In this document: in pieces, positions 10,806-24,050 of the stretch
Layout of the letters: every line of letters starts with the position of its first letter
Position numbering within the stretch: position 1 is the first letter of the stretch
Assembly (NCBI RefSeq): GCF_006345805.1
Contig: NC_043015.1
Location: forward strand, 38,316,001 to 38,380,000
From: Octopus sinensis
Taxonomy: Eukaryota
DNA: 64,000 nt
Direction of reading: 5' to 3'
Program-made: the position numbers and the translations under genes
Notes under the pieces: model-generated
Seen by the model: the letters and a program-made list of their open reading frames with translations, nothing else
Database searches by the model: none
Told to the model about the DNA's origin: nothing

Positions 10806-11195
10806 AGGTGTAGCTGTGTGGTAAGTAGCTTGCTTACCAACCACATGGTTCCGGGTTCAGTCCCACTGCATTGCACCTTGGGCAAGCGTCTTCTACTATA
10901 GCCTGAAGCCGACCAAAGCCTTGTCAGTGGATTTGGAAGACGGAAACTGAAAGAAGCCCGTCGTATATATGTATATATGTATGTGTGTATATGTTTGTGT
11001 CTGTGCTTGTACCCCCAACATCGCTTGACAACCAATGCTGGTGTGTTTGTGTCCCCGTAACTTAGCAGTTCTGCAAAAGAGACCGATAGAATAAGTACTA
11101 GGCTTACAAAGAATAAGTCCTGGGGTCGATTTGCTCGACTAAAAGGTGGTGCTCCAGCATGGCCGCAGTCAAATGACTTAAAGAAGCAAATGAGA
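10806..11195 (+). mobile_element. tRNA/CORE SINE (family A)
   Basis: Full-length homologue of 6098-6700. Confidence 0.9.
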
Positions 11196-11207
11196 GAAAA
11201 AAGTGAG

Positions 11208-11258
<51 letters not shown>

Positions 11259-12028
11259 CAGGCAGGCAGACACACAGACAGATAGTTACATGCACACACG
11301 CGCACACACACATTGTCATCAATCAGCATTGAAGATGATGACGATGATGATGATGGTTATGATGATAGGGATAGTGAAGTCCATTGTGACGACTGTTTTT
11401 GCATAACCCCAGGTCAGCCTTGAACCAGTAAACCTACCATCAAAGATGACCATCCTGCCTTGTCAAGGTGTCTCCAACTTGTACTGTATCAGAGAATAAG
11501 GTGTGATTCAAAGGAGACTTGACTGCTACTTCTAGCAGATGCAGCGACTATGTAAGGATGCTCTACCTAAGATAGCAAAGTCAATAATGGAGATGAAGGC
11601 TTGGGTAAGATCTGGGTGATGTAGTGGCTAACATGCCTTTTCCACAGTTACTGCGGGTAAAAAGACAGGATTTAGAAAAGCCATCCCACGGGGAATTGGT
11701 TTACCAGAAAGTTTGGTCCTAATTCATTGTGTGTGTGTGTGGATGTTTGTATGTGTGTGTGTGCACATATGTGTATGTGTGTACATGTAGTAATGTGTGT
11801 GTTTATGTGTACAAGTATGAATGTGCTTGTATGTGTGTGTGTGTGTGTGTTTGTATGTATGCATAAAAGTACAAGTGTGTACTTGCGCACATATATTATA
11901 TATATATATATGAACATGTGTGTATTTGTGTGTACGTGTGTGTGTATTTGTATTTGTGTGAATGTGTGTGCGTGTGTGTTGATGGCTGCCAAATTGGAAG
12001 GCATCCAAAACTGACTCTCAATGTAGCA

Positions 12029-12097
<69 letters not shown>

Positions 12098-12189
12098 TCT
12101 TTTCTGGACCTGTGAGAATTTTAAACATTTGTCTGACAGAAGATACATTCTGGCATATTAATTATATATACACAACTCACAGGCATGCT

Positions 12190-12220
<31 letters not shown>

Positions 12221-12434
12221 GTCTCTGCTTATACATATATATGCATGTATATATACACACAAACACACACACACACACATGTATGTGTGTGTATTACACA
12301 TGTATGTGTGTGTATTACACATGTATGTATAAACATATATACACCCCACTCACAGCTCATTCTCACACCCTTTCTTTCCCTCTATAATATGTAAAAAGCA
12401 CCTGTGTATATATATATATACATATGTATGTATA

Positions 12435-12484
<50 letters not shown>

Positions 12485-12524
12485 GTATATATATAGATTG
12501 TTAAAAAAGATGATGATTATATAT

Positions 12525-12558
<34 letters not shown>

Positions 12559-13439
12559 TCTTATGTAATAAAACAAATTGTGTGTGTGTGTGTGTGTGTA
12601 TGTTCCTTATGGATTCGAAAACTGAGTTGCCAATTTTGACGTATGAGGTATCAAAAGATTCAGTAAACTTTCGGCTACCAAATAAAGTATGTTTTTTGCA
12701 CAACAACTCTATTTTACCACATAAATAACCTTGAAAATGAGGTTGGGTTGCATAATTTTGAGGTTTTTAGCTAAGGGAGGCAATTGTTCCTGAACAATCT
12801 TCAAGTACATGGAGTTTTACCAGGAATTAAAACTTAGAAGAGATACTATCAACTTTATTAGTATTATTTAGTATTATTTAGTAGATAATCTTTTAATGGG
12901 AAGTATGTTTGTCTATGTTTTGTTTAGCCCAGAGTTGCTTCTGATGTAGCAGACCCATAACATGGATCTTTTTCGTCTTAAAATACAGTAAATCTATGTC
13001 CTTCTTTTGATGAAAAGGTGTGTTTTAAGAGAGATTTGGCTGCTATTTGTAGTAGCTCAAGTTAACAGAGACATCTGTGTGTGTGTCTTGTTAAAAACAT
13101 ACTTTTTCTCAGAATAGTTTGCACATATTAAAGAATTCTATGGAAAAAGATGCATAGAATTCATATAGTTTTGTTTTTTTTTTTGCCTATTTATTATGAA
13201 GTTCTTAAAATTTCTAGTAATTGTGAAAAGCACGATTTCATTCTTTTAAGAAATTATCAGTATAACTGAGAATTTATATGCATATATATATGTATTTATG
13301 TATACAATGAGTGTGTAGGAATTCCATCTGGTGTCCAAAAAGTAAACTATGAAGAAGTGCTGAAATGAGATGACAGAGAGAGTAGTCTTCTTATGTGGCA
13401 GAGAAACAGCATTTAGCAATTAGAACACACATGTAAATG

Positions 13440-13640
13440 CATTCCTTCAAATGCCCAGAATACTCCCCAAAAGCAGTGGAAAGATTTTGCTACCTGAGGG
13501 ACGTAATTAGAAGGGGAGGGGGATGTTATGGAAACAAAGTAAGCAGAGTTAGAACAAGGTGGAGAAATGAACAGGGAACTGTTATCTCTTCTAGTGACAA
13601 AGGTTTTCTCTTTTAGAATGATGGCTAGATTGTTTTTATG
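13440..13640 (+). mobile_element. RTE LINE ORF fragment (post-RT region)
   Basis: VERFCYLRDVIRRGGGC...RVRTRW, then a frameshift, then RELLSLLVTK..SFRMMARLF; typical RTE motif FCYLG..I..GG..R...W..FRELL. Confidence 0.8.
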
Positions 13641-13734
13641 CTTGCAAAGGTTTAGCCTTGCCAGTGAAAAAACGGACAACATAGGGCAGAGATATGGCAA
13701 CCTCTCTGGTGTTTGTGCCATAATAAAATATACC

Positions 13735-13975
13735 CAAAAGGCGAGCTGGCAGAATTATTAGCATGTTGGGTGAAATGCTTAGGGGTATTTCGTCTGCCAT
13801 TACATTCTGAGTTCAAATTCCAGTGAGGTCGACTTTGCTTTTCATCCTTTTGGGGTTGATTAAATAAGTACCGGTTACACACTGGGGTCGATGTAATCGA
13901 CTTAATCTATTTGTCTGTCCTTGTTTGTCCCCCTCTATGTTTAGCCCGTTATGGTCAATAAAGAAATAGATAAAA
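13735..13975 (+). mobile_element. tRNA-derived SINE (family B)
   Basis: GGCGAGCTGGCAGAA...GAGTTCAAATTCC...GGGGTCGATGTAATCGAC...GTCCTTGTTTGTCCCC. Confidence 0.85.
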
Positions 13976-14335
13976 TATACCCATTGCACTCTGTAAAGTG
14001 GCAAGTAACAGGAAGGGCATTCGGTCATACACACCATGAGGCAAACGTGGTACACATTGCAATATGTGGGCCCTGGCCTGTCAGTGGAGGGGAGGGGCAG
14101 CAGACTAGAAGTCCGAATAAGATCTGACTCACACTGGGTTGGTCCATGTCGCCATGCAAGCTGGGAAAAAGCAGATGATGATGATGATGATGATGATGAT
14201 GGATGATAATGATAATCCTGTATACACACACACACACAGATACATACATACATGTATATGAATATATAAGTGTGTATATATATAACATACATAATATATA
14301 GGAAGACATATATATGTATATGCGTGTGTATATGC

Positions 14336-14369
<34 letters not shown>

Positions 14370-14643
14370 TCATCGTTTAGCGTCCGCTTTCCATGCTATA
14401 TGTGTGTGTGTGTGTGTGCCTATATAAATGTGCGTACACACACTCATGTATATGTATGTGGCAGAAAACAAACAACTAATGAACTACATATGCATGCACA
14501 TGTATAATTCATGGTTCTGGATCTGCAGAGACATGCACAACCACACACACACACACACACACTTAATACAAACACATACACACACACACACATAAACACA
14601 CTATGGAGCAAGAAGCAAATATTAGAAGCACACAAAGAACTTT

Positions 14644-15255
14644 CACCACCACCACCACCACCGCCACCACCGCCACCACCACCACCTCCACCACTACCAC
14701 CACCACCACCACCACCACCACCACCGCACCACCGCCACCACCACCACCTCCACCACTACCACCACCACCACCACCGCCGCCGCCACCACCACCCCACCAC
14801 CACCGCCACCACCACACACCACCACCCCGCCACCACCACCACCGCACCACCGCCGCCACCACCACCCCACCCACCCCACCGCCACCACCACCACCGCCAC
14901 CACCAACCACCGCCACCACCACCACCACCACCACCGCCACCACCACCACCTCCACCACCACCACCACCACCACCACCACCACACCTCCACACCACCACCA
15001 CCACACCACCACCACCACCGCCGCCCCCCACCACCACCACCGCCACCACCACCACCGCCACCACCACCACCGCCACCACACACCACCGCCACCACCACCA
15101 CCGCCACCACCACCACCACCACCACCACCGCCACCGCCGCTGTCATCACCACCACTACTGCCATCACCATATTGTTGCCTGCACACCACCACCACCGCCA
15201 CCACCACCACCACCACCACCACCACCACCAACCGCCACCACCACCACCACCACCA
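14644..15255. repeat. ~610-bp imperfect (CAC/CGC)n trinucleotide array
   Basis: Continuous CAC repeat with interspersed CGC; source of several spurious poly-P/H/T/G/V/W ORFs. Confidence 0.95.
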
Positions 15256-16457
15256 ACACACAATTTGACAATCAGCCACAATTAGGGAAATTAAACTGTA
15301 TTACCTTTTTATCTCTTTCAACAATGACAGTTCACAGACTCTGTGTGTGTGTGTGTGTGTATCTATATATACATACATAGATACACATGCACACACACAC
15401 ATATGCACCATAGATATATATATATATATTTATACACGCATAAATATATGTATATAAGCATACACACACACACACACATATATTCATACATACACTTATA
15501 TATCTATATATCCATATATATATACATTCCCATATATACACACATGCACATATATATATATATATTTGCCACTATGAAGAGCATGTAAGAAAATGGCAAT
15601 GATCACACATACACACATATGCACATTATAAATGCAAGCAGACATGTGTATGTATGTGTGTGTCCACATGTGTGTGTGGTGTGTGTGTTGTGTGTGTGCA
15701 CAATTTTGTGCTGCAGACTTCAGATCAACAAACAATATAATGCAGTCTCTCTCACGTCCTTTCCATGTCTCTCTCTCTTTCCTTCTCACTCAAACACACA
15801 CACACACACACATGCACACACGTACGCACACACGGACACACACACACCTCTCATATACATAAATCTATACACAGACACACAAATACACAGGAAAGAGAGT
15901 ATGTGACATCATCGTCGTTTTAACATCTACTTTTCGATACTTGCATGGGTCGGATGCAATTTGTAGAGTCAGGATTTCTGCAGCTGGGTGCCGTTCCTGT
16001 TACCAAGCAAGATAATAACATCCCAGAACATTAGATGCAAAGACATCCTCAAACCAGAAACTTAGTCCAAATCCTTGCAACCAAATGTACCCCATTAAAT
16101 GTACCGTTGCTGGCCTTGGTCCAAAATTTGAAACCATTATTGCATTTTCCAATATTAATCTTCTAGCATTTTGGATGTATTCTATAAAAGCTAATTGTGT
16201 TAGCAGCAAATGTTTCAGTTTTTCTTTCCATCTAGTTTCATCTATATTGCATAACAATATAACAATATGACATACTGCAGCAGACCCATGTTGCAGATGC
16301 ATGTTCATCTGACACTACACTGTGATACATGAATGTCCAATGTAACACGTTGGTCTCATAAGATTTACAACTTATATGGCTACATATTAATTTCTCAATG
16401 ACATTAGTCATGTGAAGTTTATTCACAGCTTTGTTATAGATGATATAGTCAATAGTC

Positions 16458-16525
<68 letters not shown>

Positions 16526-16868
16526 CTTTAGTAACATATTATTAATACTAGCTTATGGATATATGTAATGTATGCTGAGGTGTCTGTGTTTATCAGCTTT
16601 TAATAATGTGTTGTTCATCTGTTCTCTGTAATCAAGACATGTTTGCTTCATGTAACCCCCCCCCCCGTTATAGCTGGTTAATTTCCACTGGATGTTGGCG
16701 TCTGTTATCACACACACACACCCACACACAAACATATGTATGTGTATATGTATATATATGGATATATAAATATATATATATGTTATATATAAATATATAA
16801 TATATATATATATTAATATATATATAATATATAATATATATATATATATAATATAATAATATATAATA

Positions 16869-16911
<43 letters not shown>

Positions 16912-17154
16912 AGAGAGAGAGAAAGTGTTTGTGTGTGTTTATGTGTGTGTGTGTATTGTGTATGTATGTTAAATATATTCCTGTATTGTCTGTAATAGTG
17001 TAATAATTATTTCTCTGTCCCTTATTAACTGACGTTTATCTCGTATCAGGTTTCATGGATGGAGACACACTAAACACCCTCCTCACTAGGGTTTAATAAC
17101 TGATCATAACATATTTACAGGAACATTCACCATCTTCATACACGAATGTATGCG

Positions 17155-17420
17155 GCTGAGTGGTTAGGGGGATTCAGCTCATGAATGTAAAGTCGTGAGT
17201 TCAATTCCCAACAGCAAACACTTTATTTCACTTTTGTTCCAGTCCACTCAGCTGACAAAAGTAGCTGTAATTCAGGCCTTGTCACATTCTGTGTATAACA
17301 CTAAATCTCCTTAATAACTACATTAAAGCTACATGTATCTGTGGAGTACTCAGCCACTTGCACATTAATTTCACAAACTGGTTGTTCCATTGATCCGATC
17401 AGCTGGAACCCTTATTGTCG
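17155..17420 (+). mobile_element. diverged CORE-type SINE (family C-related)
   Basis: tRNA-like head GGCTGAGTGGTTAGG...GAGTTCAATTCC and body CCAGTCCACTCAGCTG...GGAGTACTCAGCCAC; a similar copy lies at 32885-33160. Confidence 0.7.
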
Positions 17421-17924
17421 TAGCTGACTGAGTGCATGTATACATACATACATGTATGTGTGTGTGTGTGTGTGTGTGTGTAAATGTAAGATCCAGGGAT
17501 CGAGGTGTAGGAAGCAAGTTAGCTTCAAGCAATCCACAGTAAATATAAAAAACCAACTTTTGGGAACAGTAATGGTGTACTGAGACTGAAGGTTGTGGAT
17601 TTTTTTTTTTATATCAAAGTACAATAAACTGAAAAAGGTTCTTTTTATATTTCATGGTAGGCAACCAGGGTTGCTTTGTGTGTGAATAAGAATACAAGAA
17701 TTAAGGAATGGAGTAGAAAAGATCCAGGGTACATATGTTTCATAGCGAACGGAACCTCAGAAGTGGTAGATATCTGAGCAAGGTGCAGATCACGGGCTAC
17801 TCTTCAGGCTAAGAATATCTTGATTAAATGAAAGTTTACATTGTCACAAGGCAGTACATGTTAACACATAGAAGATTCAATCAGAATGATATGTGTGTGT
17901 GTGGTGTGTGTATCTATCTGTCTG

Positions 17925-18449
17925 GCAAGATGCCTGGCATCATGAAGTTCTTGAGAAGACGTGATCCACGTCAATGACACTGAGCTCCAGAAGCACTGTG
18001 TCTCCCACTCACACGCAACAAGGAAACTTTTCACACACACGCTAACTCCAACAAACCAAATTACATCTCTTCTCTTCCTCCTTCTCTCTCACCCCCCAAT
18101 CCTGTTCTCACGGGAGGTGGGGGCTCTTCACTGTATCCATTGCTACCCATTAGCTTCCCTCCTCTGTACAGCATCCCTCACCACCACTCTCTACTCACAC
18201 TTCTGCCACTTACATCATCACTTCTGTACCTCAAGGCTATGTCCTGGTGCCTGCCACCATCTTTCTTTCTCCTCTCTTTTACTTGACCATCCCATTTATT
18301 TTCTGGTCCCCATCCCTAGTGAGCATGCCCAGCACTTTGCCATCATCTCTCTCCTGCTGCCTCCCACTCTCTCTCTCCTTCTCCTCCTCTTCCCTCATGT
18401 TGGTTAACCATGTATCTCCTTTCCAGCAGCACACCTGTTTCTGTCGTCC

Positions 18450-18498
<49 letters not shown>

Positions 18499-18950
18499 TG
18501 GTTGGATAATCATGTACTTCTCCATACAGCAAGACACCTGTTTCTGCCTCTCTGTCTCACTACAACCTTTTATCATCTGACACAAGTCCCCCTCCTCAAA
18601 TGCCCCTGCTCCTCTCATAATTCCTTGTCTTGCAAATTATTTGGTGACCCTGCCAGTGCTGGTGCCATATAAAGAACATCCAGTCCACACTGTAAAGTGG
18701 TTGATATTAGGAAGGGCATCCAGCTGTAAAAACCTTGCCAAAACTGACCTCGCCTGTGCTTGAGCCACATAAAAATCACTCAGTCCACTCTGCTAAGCGG
18801 TTGGTGTTAGGAAGGGCATCCAGCTGTAAAAACCCTGCCTAAACAGACACAGACATCCGATGCAGGCTCCTTGCCTGACCAGCTCCTGTCAAACCGTCCC
18901 CCTCATACTAGCATGGAAGGCGGACGTTAAACAATGATGATGATGATGAT
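17925..18950 (+). mobile_element. RTE LINE 3' end (ORF terminus, pyrimidine-rich UTR, tail)
   Basis: Starts with HEVLEKT (RTE C-terminus-like); 17940-18370 is homologous to the reverse complement of 62130-62465; ends with the AGGAAGGGCATCCAGCTG...(GAT)n tail. Confidence 0.7.
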
Positions 18951-19767
18951 CGTCATCATGTGCATATCCTCGTCCGTGTCGAATTGTTGATGGAACCTGT
19001 GGAAGAGGTAAACCCAGGAAGACTTGGGACAAATGGTGAAGCATGATTTTTGAACGTTGGGCTTCAGCAGAGGTGACGACAAATGACCAAGACCACTGGC
19101 CATAGGCTGTGCTGGAGAAGACTTGTCAAGCCAAGTGCAATCGTAGTCAGGGCTGGTGTTGGTGTCACGTAAGTGGCACCTGTGCCTGTGCTGGTGACAC
19201 CATTGCGTCATGGTGCTGTTTTTCTTACAGATGGTGCCCAACTGACTCTACTAAACTGTGTAGTCAACAAAATCAAAAACAGACAATGCCAATGCGCATG
19301 CACAAAATTAAAAATGTAAAATGTTGACAATTTATCCATTGCAACCTATATATATTATATATATATATATAAAGTGAGAGAGAGAGAGAGAGATTTGACC
19401 TATGCAGGGTTTCCATCATTGGTTCCTTCACTGGATGATTTCAATTCCAAATGTTTGGTTCCTTCTTGAAGACATTGGTAAGATGGTTACAGGTATTTGT
19501 TGCTTACTCAGTTCCTTCAAAAATCTCCAAGAAACAATCTATTCCCTTCCATGTAATTGTGTATATCAACATCAACATCTGCCACCCCCTTACCCACCAC
19601 ACACACACACACACAAACTGGTCAGTCATCTGACCAGTGTCCAGTTTACATGTGGCTCACACCAATCCCTCAACTACATTAATACAAAAATATTCATAGC
19701 TCCTTCCACTTACACACACACACACACACACACGTCCTCATCATACCACTTCATACCATACATAATT

Positions 19768-19801
<34 letters not shown>

Positions 19802-21116
19802 TACACACACAACCCTCAAACACACACAAACACTATCCCCTTAGATATACAACACACACACACACACAAATACAGATATGCATACATACACACAGACAAG
19901 CAAAAGATAACAAATAAATCTATCACCACCACCACCACCACAGCACTTCTAGTGATGGTGGTGGTGGCGGTGGTGGATGTTAGAGGTAGTGCTTTGATAG
20001 TGGCGAGGGGGGGGAGACAATAAGTTTAAGTAGTGCGGTGGTTGTATGTAGTGGTTTTATATAGCAAGGAGTGGTAGTTGTGTGTGTGGTGGTAGGAGTG
20101 CTATATATGAGGTGGTGGTGGTGATGGTGATGTTACTCAGTGTATATAGTATGTGTGTGTGTGTGTGTGTGTGTGTGGTGATGGTGGTTGTATGTGGGGG
20201 GTGGTGAGAGGTTGATTAGAGTCATTCAGCCCCATTAATTTCATGATGAATAATTAAAAAAAAAAATTATCTTACCACCACCATCCTGTTCAACAACACC
20301 ACCACCACCAACACCTCCACCTCTCCATCAACCCAAATCCCCACCCCACCCCACCCAAACCCCTGCCGTCTTGTGTAACTTTACACTGACCGGTTGGTTT
20401 ATAAATCTATTGACTGTTTAGAGTGGACGGACATCAACACCATCACAGTCTGTTGTCAGCATCACCACCGTTGTCATCTTCATCATTTTCAACATCACCA
20501 TCACCATCATCGTCATCATCATCATGATCTTGATGACGATGATGATGATCAGTATCATCATCATCACCATCATCGTGATCATCATCATCATCATTGTCAT
20601 TATCATCATCATCGTCTTCCTCCTCCTCATCATCATCATCCTCATCATCATCGTTGTCGTCATCACCATCACCAATACCATCAAAACAATGCACTCCCTG
20701 CATCATCATCATCATCATCATCATCACCACCATCAGCAGCACCACTATCATCCCACCAACATCACTGTCACGAGCACCCCCCCCCCACCCCCCACCATCA
20801 ACATAACCATTAAAACCACAAACATGGTCAGCAACACCAGTAACAGCAATATCATCATCATCATCGTAATAATCACCACCACCACCACAACCACCACCAT
20901 CCTTAACATTGATTATCCCCTACAACAACCCACCCGCCCTCCCCATTACCATAACAATCATCATCATCATCATCATCACCACCATCAATGTTGCCATTGA
21001 CGACATGACACATCGTCACATGTACATAGACTCCCATTGGACTGATAAACGGAGGCCATTGTCTCTGCCCCTACCCCTCACACGTACACACAGTTTCACA
21101 CCTCTCACTCATACAT

Positions 21117-21150
<34 letters not shown>

Positions 21151-21619
21151 ACACACACACACACACACTTCAAAACATATTCACACACAGTGATGGTTCA
21201 CATAGGTATACACACAAACATATCTACATACATTCACGCCTCACGCAATTACATGACATACACACACAGACCCCAACACACACACATCACACACACACAA
21301 AACACATCTCATCACACACATACACACAGATCTATTATGGCAACACACACACACACACACAAAACACCACCACCAACAGCATTAGCACCAGAGATTTATT
21401 TCCCATCAAGAGTTACATGTGTTTTAAACACATAAATATATGAAAAGAAGGAAACAGCTACACGAGTGACAAAACAGCTAGAAATAGCAGCCAAATGATG
21501 ATGATGATGATGGCTGTGTGGTTTGCACCAAGATACTGGATGACACATGAGTGTATATGCGTGTGCACATACATACATACATAAATATATATATATATAT
21601 ATATATATATTCTTTTCTA

Positions 21620-21958
21620 TTCTAGGCACAAGGCACAAAATTTTTGGGGCGGGGTTCTGTCGATTAGATTGACCCCAGTAAGCAACTGGTACTTAATTTA
21701 TCGACCCAGGAAGTATGAAAAGTAAAGCCGACCTCAGCAGAATTTTGAACTATTCTTTTCTACTCTAGGCACAAGGCCCAAAATTTTTGGAGAAGGGTCA
21801 AGTCGATTAGATCAACCCCAGTACACAACTGGTACTTAATTTATCGACCCCTGAAAGGGTGAAAGGCAAAGTCGACCTCAGCGGAATTTGAACACAGAAC
21901 GTAAAGACAGACAAAATAACGCTAAGCATTTCGCCCGGTGTGCTAACGTTTCTGCCAC
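21620..21958 (-). mobile_element. tRNA-derived SINE (family B) with duplicated segment
   Basis: Two tandem CTAGGCACAAGG...GACCCCAGT...TTTATCGACCC units, then a family B head. Confidence 0.8.
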
Positions 21959-22182
21959 CCTTACCTTATATATCATATATATATTATTTTTATATTTGGG
22001 GACAGTGTTTTTTTTCTTTTTGCCAATCAACCAAACACACTATTTACTTGTCCTTTTAGCTTCAATTCCATTATTATTCCTCTGTTAGAGCCGTATCCCT
22101 GGATCAAACAGGGAAAGACACAGCTGATGGAGAGTGCGTCCGGTTATTTAACAAAAAAAAAAAAAATACAATCCCCAATATA

Positions 22183-22347
22183 GGCGCAGGAGTGGCTGTG
22201 TGGTAAGTAGCTTGCTAACCAACCACATGGTTCCGGGTTCAGTCCCACTGCGTGGCATCTTGGGCAAGTGTCTTCTGCTATAGCCTCGGGCCGACCAAAG
22301 CCTTGTGAGTGGATTTGGTAGACGGAAACTGAAAGAAGCCTGTCATG

Positions 22348-22380
<33 letters not shown>

Positions 22381-22605
22381 TGTTTGTGTGTCTGTGTTTG
22401 TCCCCCTAGCATTGCTTGACAACCGATGCTGGTGTGTTTACGTCCCCGTCACTTAGCGGTTCAGCAAAAAGAGACCGATAGAATAAGTACTGGGCTTACA
22501 AAAAAAGAATAAGTCCCGGGGTCGAGTTGCTCGACTAAAGGCGGTGCTCCAGCATGGCCGCAGTCAAATGACTGAACCAAGTAAAAGAGTAAAGAGTAAA
22601 GAGTA
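22183..22605 (+). mobile_element. tRNA/CORE SINE (family A), near-consensus
   Basis: GGCGCAGGAGTGGCTGTGTGGTAAGTAGC to GTAAAAGAGTAAAGAG. Confidence 0.92.
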
Positions 22606-22719
22606 TAGTAATATCTGTTTCAATATAGACACACACACTCACACACACACATTTATATATCATCATCATCGTCATCATTTAACGTCCATTTTCCATGCTG
22701 GCATGGGTTGGACAGTATG

Positions 22720-22830
22720 ATCTGAAAGATCCTGGCATAGGAAGTTAGTAAGCTTCCAGCATGCACACATCTAGTGAGGATGACAAAAGGTGGACAAAAT
22801 ATGACAAAGAGATTTTAATAACCGTCCTGT
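22720..22830. repeat. unclassified dispersed repeat (second copy at 49870-49975)
   Basis: GAAAGATCCTGGCATAGGAAGTT..TAAGCTTCCAGCATG..ACATCTAGT..GGATGACAAAAGGTGGACAAAATA occurs twice. Confidence 0.75.
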
Positions 22831-23689
22831 GTGTTATATATACTTCGTTCCATATTTGAAATCAAAGGAAATTTCAATGAGTTGAGACTCCCAGTTTAGC
22901 GATATAAACACGCAAATAAAATATGTGTATCATCATCATCATCATCATCACCATCACCATCACCATCACCATCATCATCATCATCATCATCATCATCAGG
23001 CTTGACCAAGGCTGGCATGCCGGAAGGCTGCACCAGACTCCAGTCTGATCTGGGATGGTTTTCTACAGTTGGATGCCCTTCCTAATGCCAACCACTCCAA
23101 GAGTGCAATGGGTACTTTTACGTGCCACTGGCACAGGTGCCATTTGTGTGACACTGGTATCTGCCACAACTGTGATTTTTTCTTGGCTTGATGGGTTTTC
23201 TTCTCAAGCACGACATAATGCCAAAGGCCCCAGACATTGCCTCCATGGGGCCCAACGCTTGAAAGGGACTCCATGTTTTGTTACCACTTATTTATTACAT
23301 GTTTCCATCATTGGACTGTGTCCATGCTGGGGCACTACCTTTAAGGATTCAATTGTAAGGGTTGAACCCCTTAAGGGCTGAACCCCAGTATTTGTGATTT
23401 TAAAACTTGGTACTTATTCTATCTGTCTCTTCTGCTGAACCACTAAGTTATGACAATGTAAACAAACCAACACTAGTTTATCAAGCTGTAGGGTGGGGGG
23501 TGTACAGGTACGAACACATACTCACACAACTAGATATGTACAAAGGAAAGAGTACTGTACACATGATGTAGAGTACATCCATTTGTATGTTAACACTTGG
23601 TGACTACAGAGCTACACCCACACAGACCACATACAAGGACCAGTTGAAAAATTGATAGGCTGACCACGATACTCTCATGGAATGTGTTT

Positions 23690-24050
23690 AAATGACATTT
23701 ATTTTCCAACAGAGATTCCTTTGTGTTCCATGCACTTCTTCCGTCACTGTTGCAATGCTTCAATCCCATTGGTGACGAAGCTTCCATCTTGTTGGTCAAA
23801 AAAGTTACCAACAGCAGACATGATGCCATCACCACTGCAATACTGGTTCCCAACCGAGTGTTTTGAGGATCAGATGATTGTCAGATGGGGCCAAATCAGG
23901 AAACCAAGGACTTGTGTCCTGGAGCACTGACCCCATGAAACAAAACCCCTTTCATCAGTTTTCTTGAGTGTTTGCTCTTGATAGCCTTTTGTAAACTGCC
24001 TCAGTAAGTTGTCATAGTACCCTCCATTGATGGTGTAGCTCCTAAAACCC
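23690..24050 (-). mobile_element. mariner transposase C-terminal remnant
   Basis: Minus strand: TINGGYYDNLLRQ...KGVLFH..APGH, deletion, DLAPSDNHL...GIEALQQ*RKKC.EHKG; mariner catalytic-domain and C-terminal motifs. Confidence 0.8.

Noticed and set aside
14511-15380. Long ORFs (195-289 aa) rich in P/H/T or G/V/W
   Set aside because: They are translations of the (CAC)n array, open in several frames on both strands, with no coding complexity.
22089-22142. PYPWIK resembling the Hox YPWM hexapeptide
   Set aside because: Weak donor (GTTATT), no homeobox anywhere in the window, and another frame plus an opposite-strand 51-nt exon candidate are equally open.
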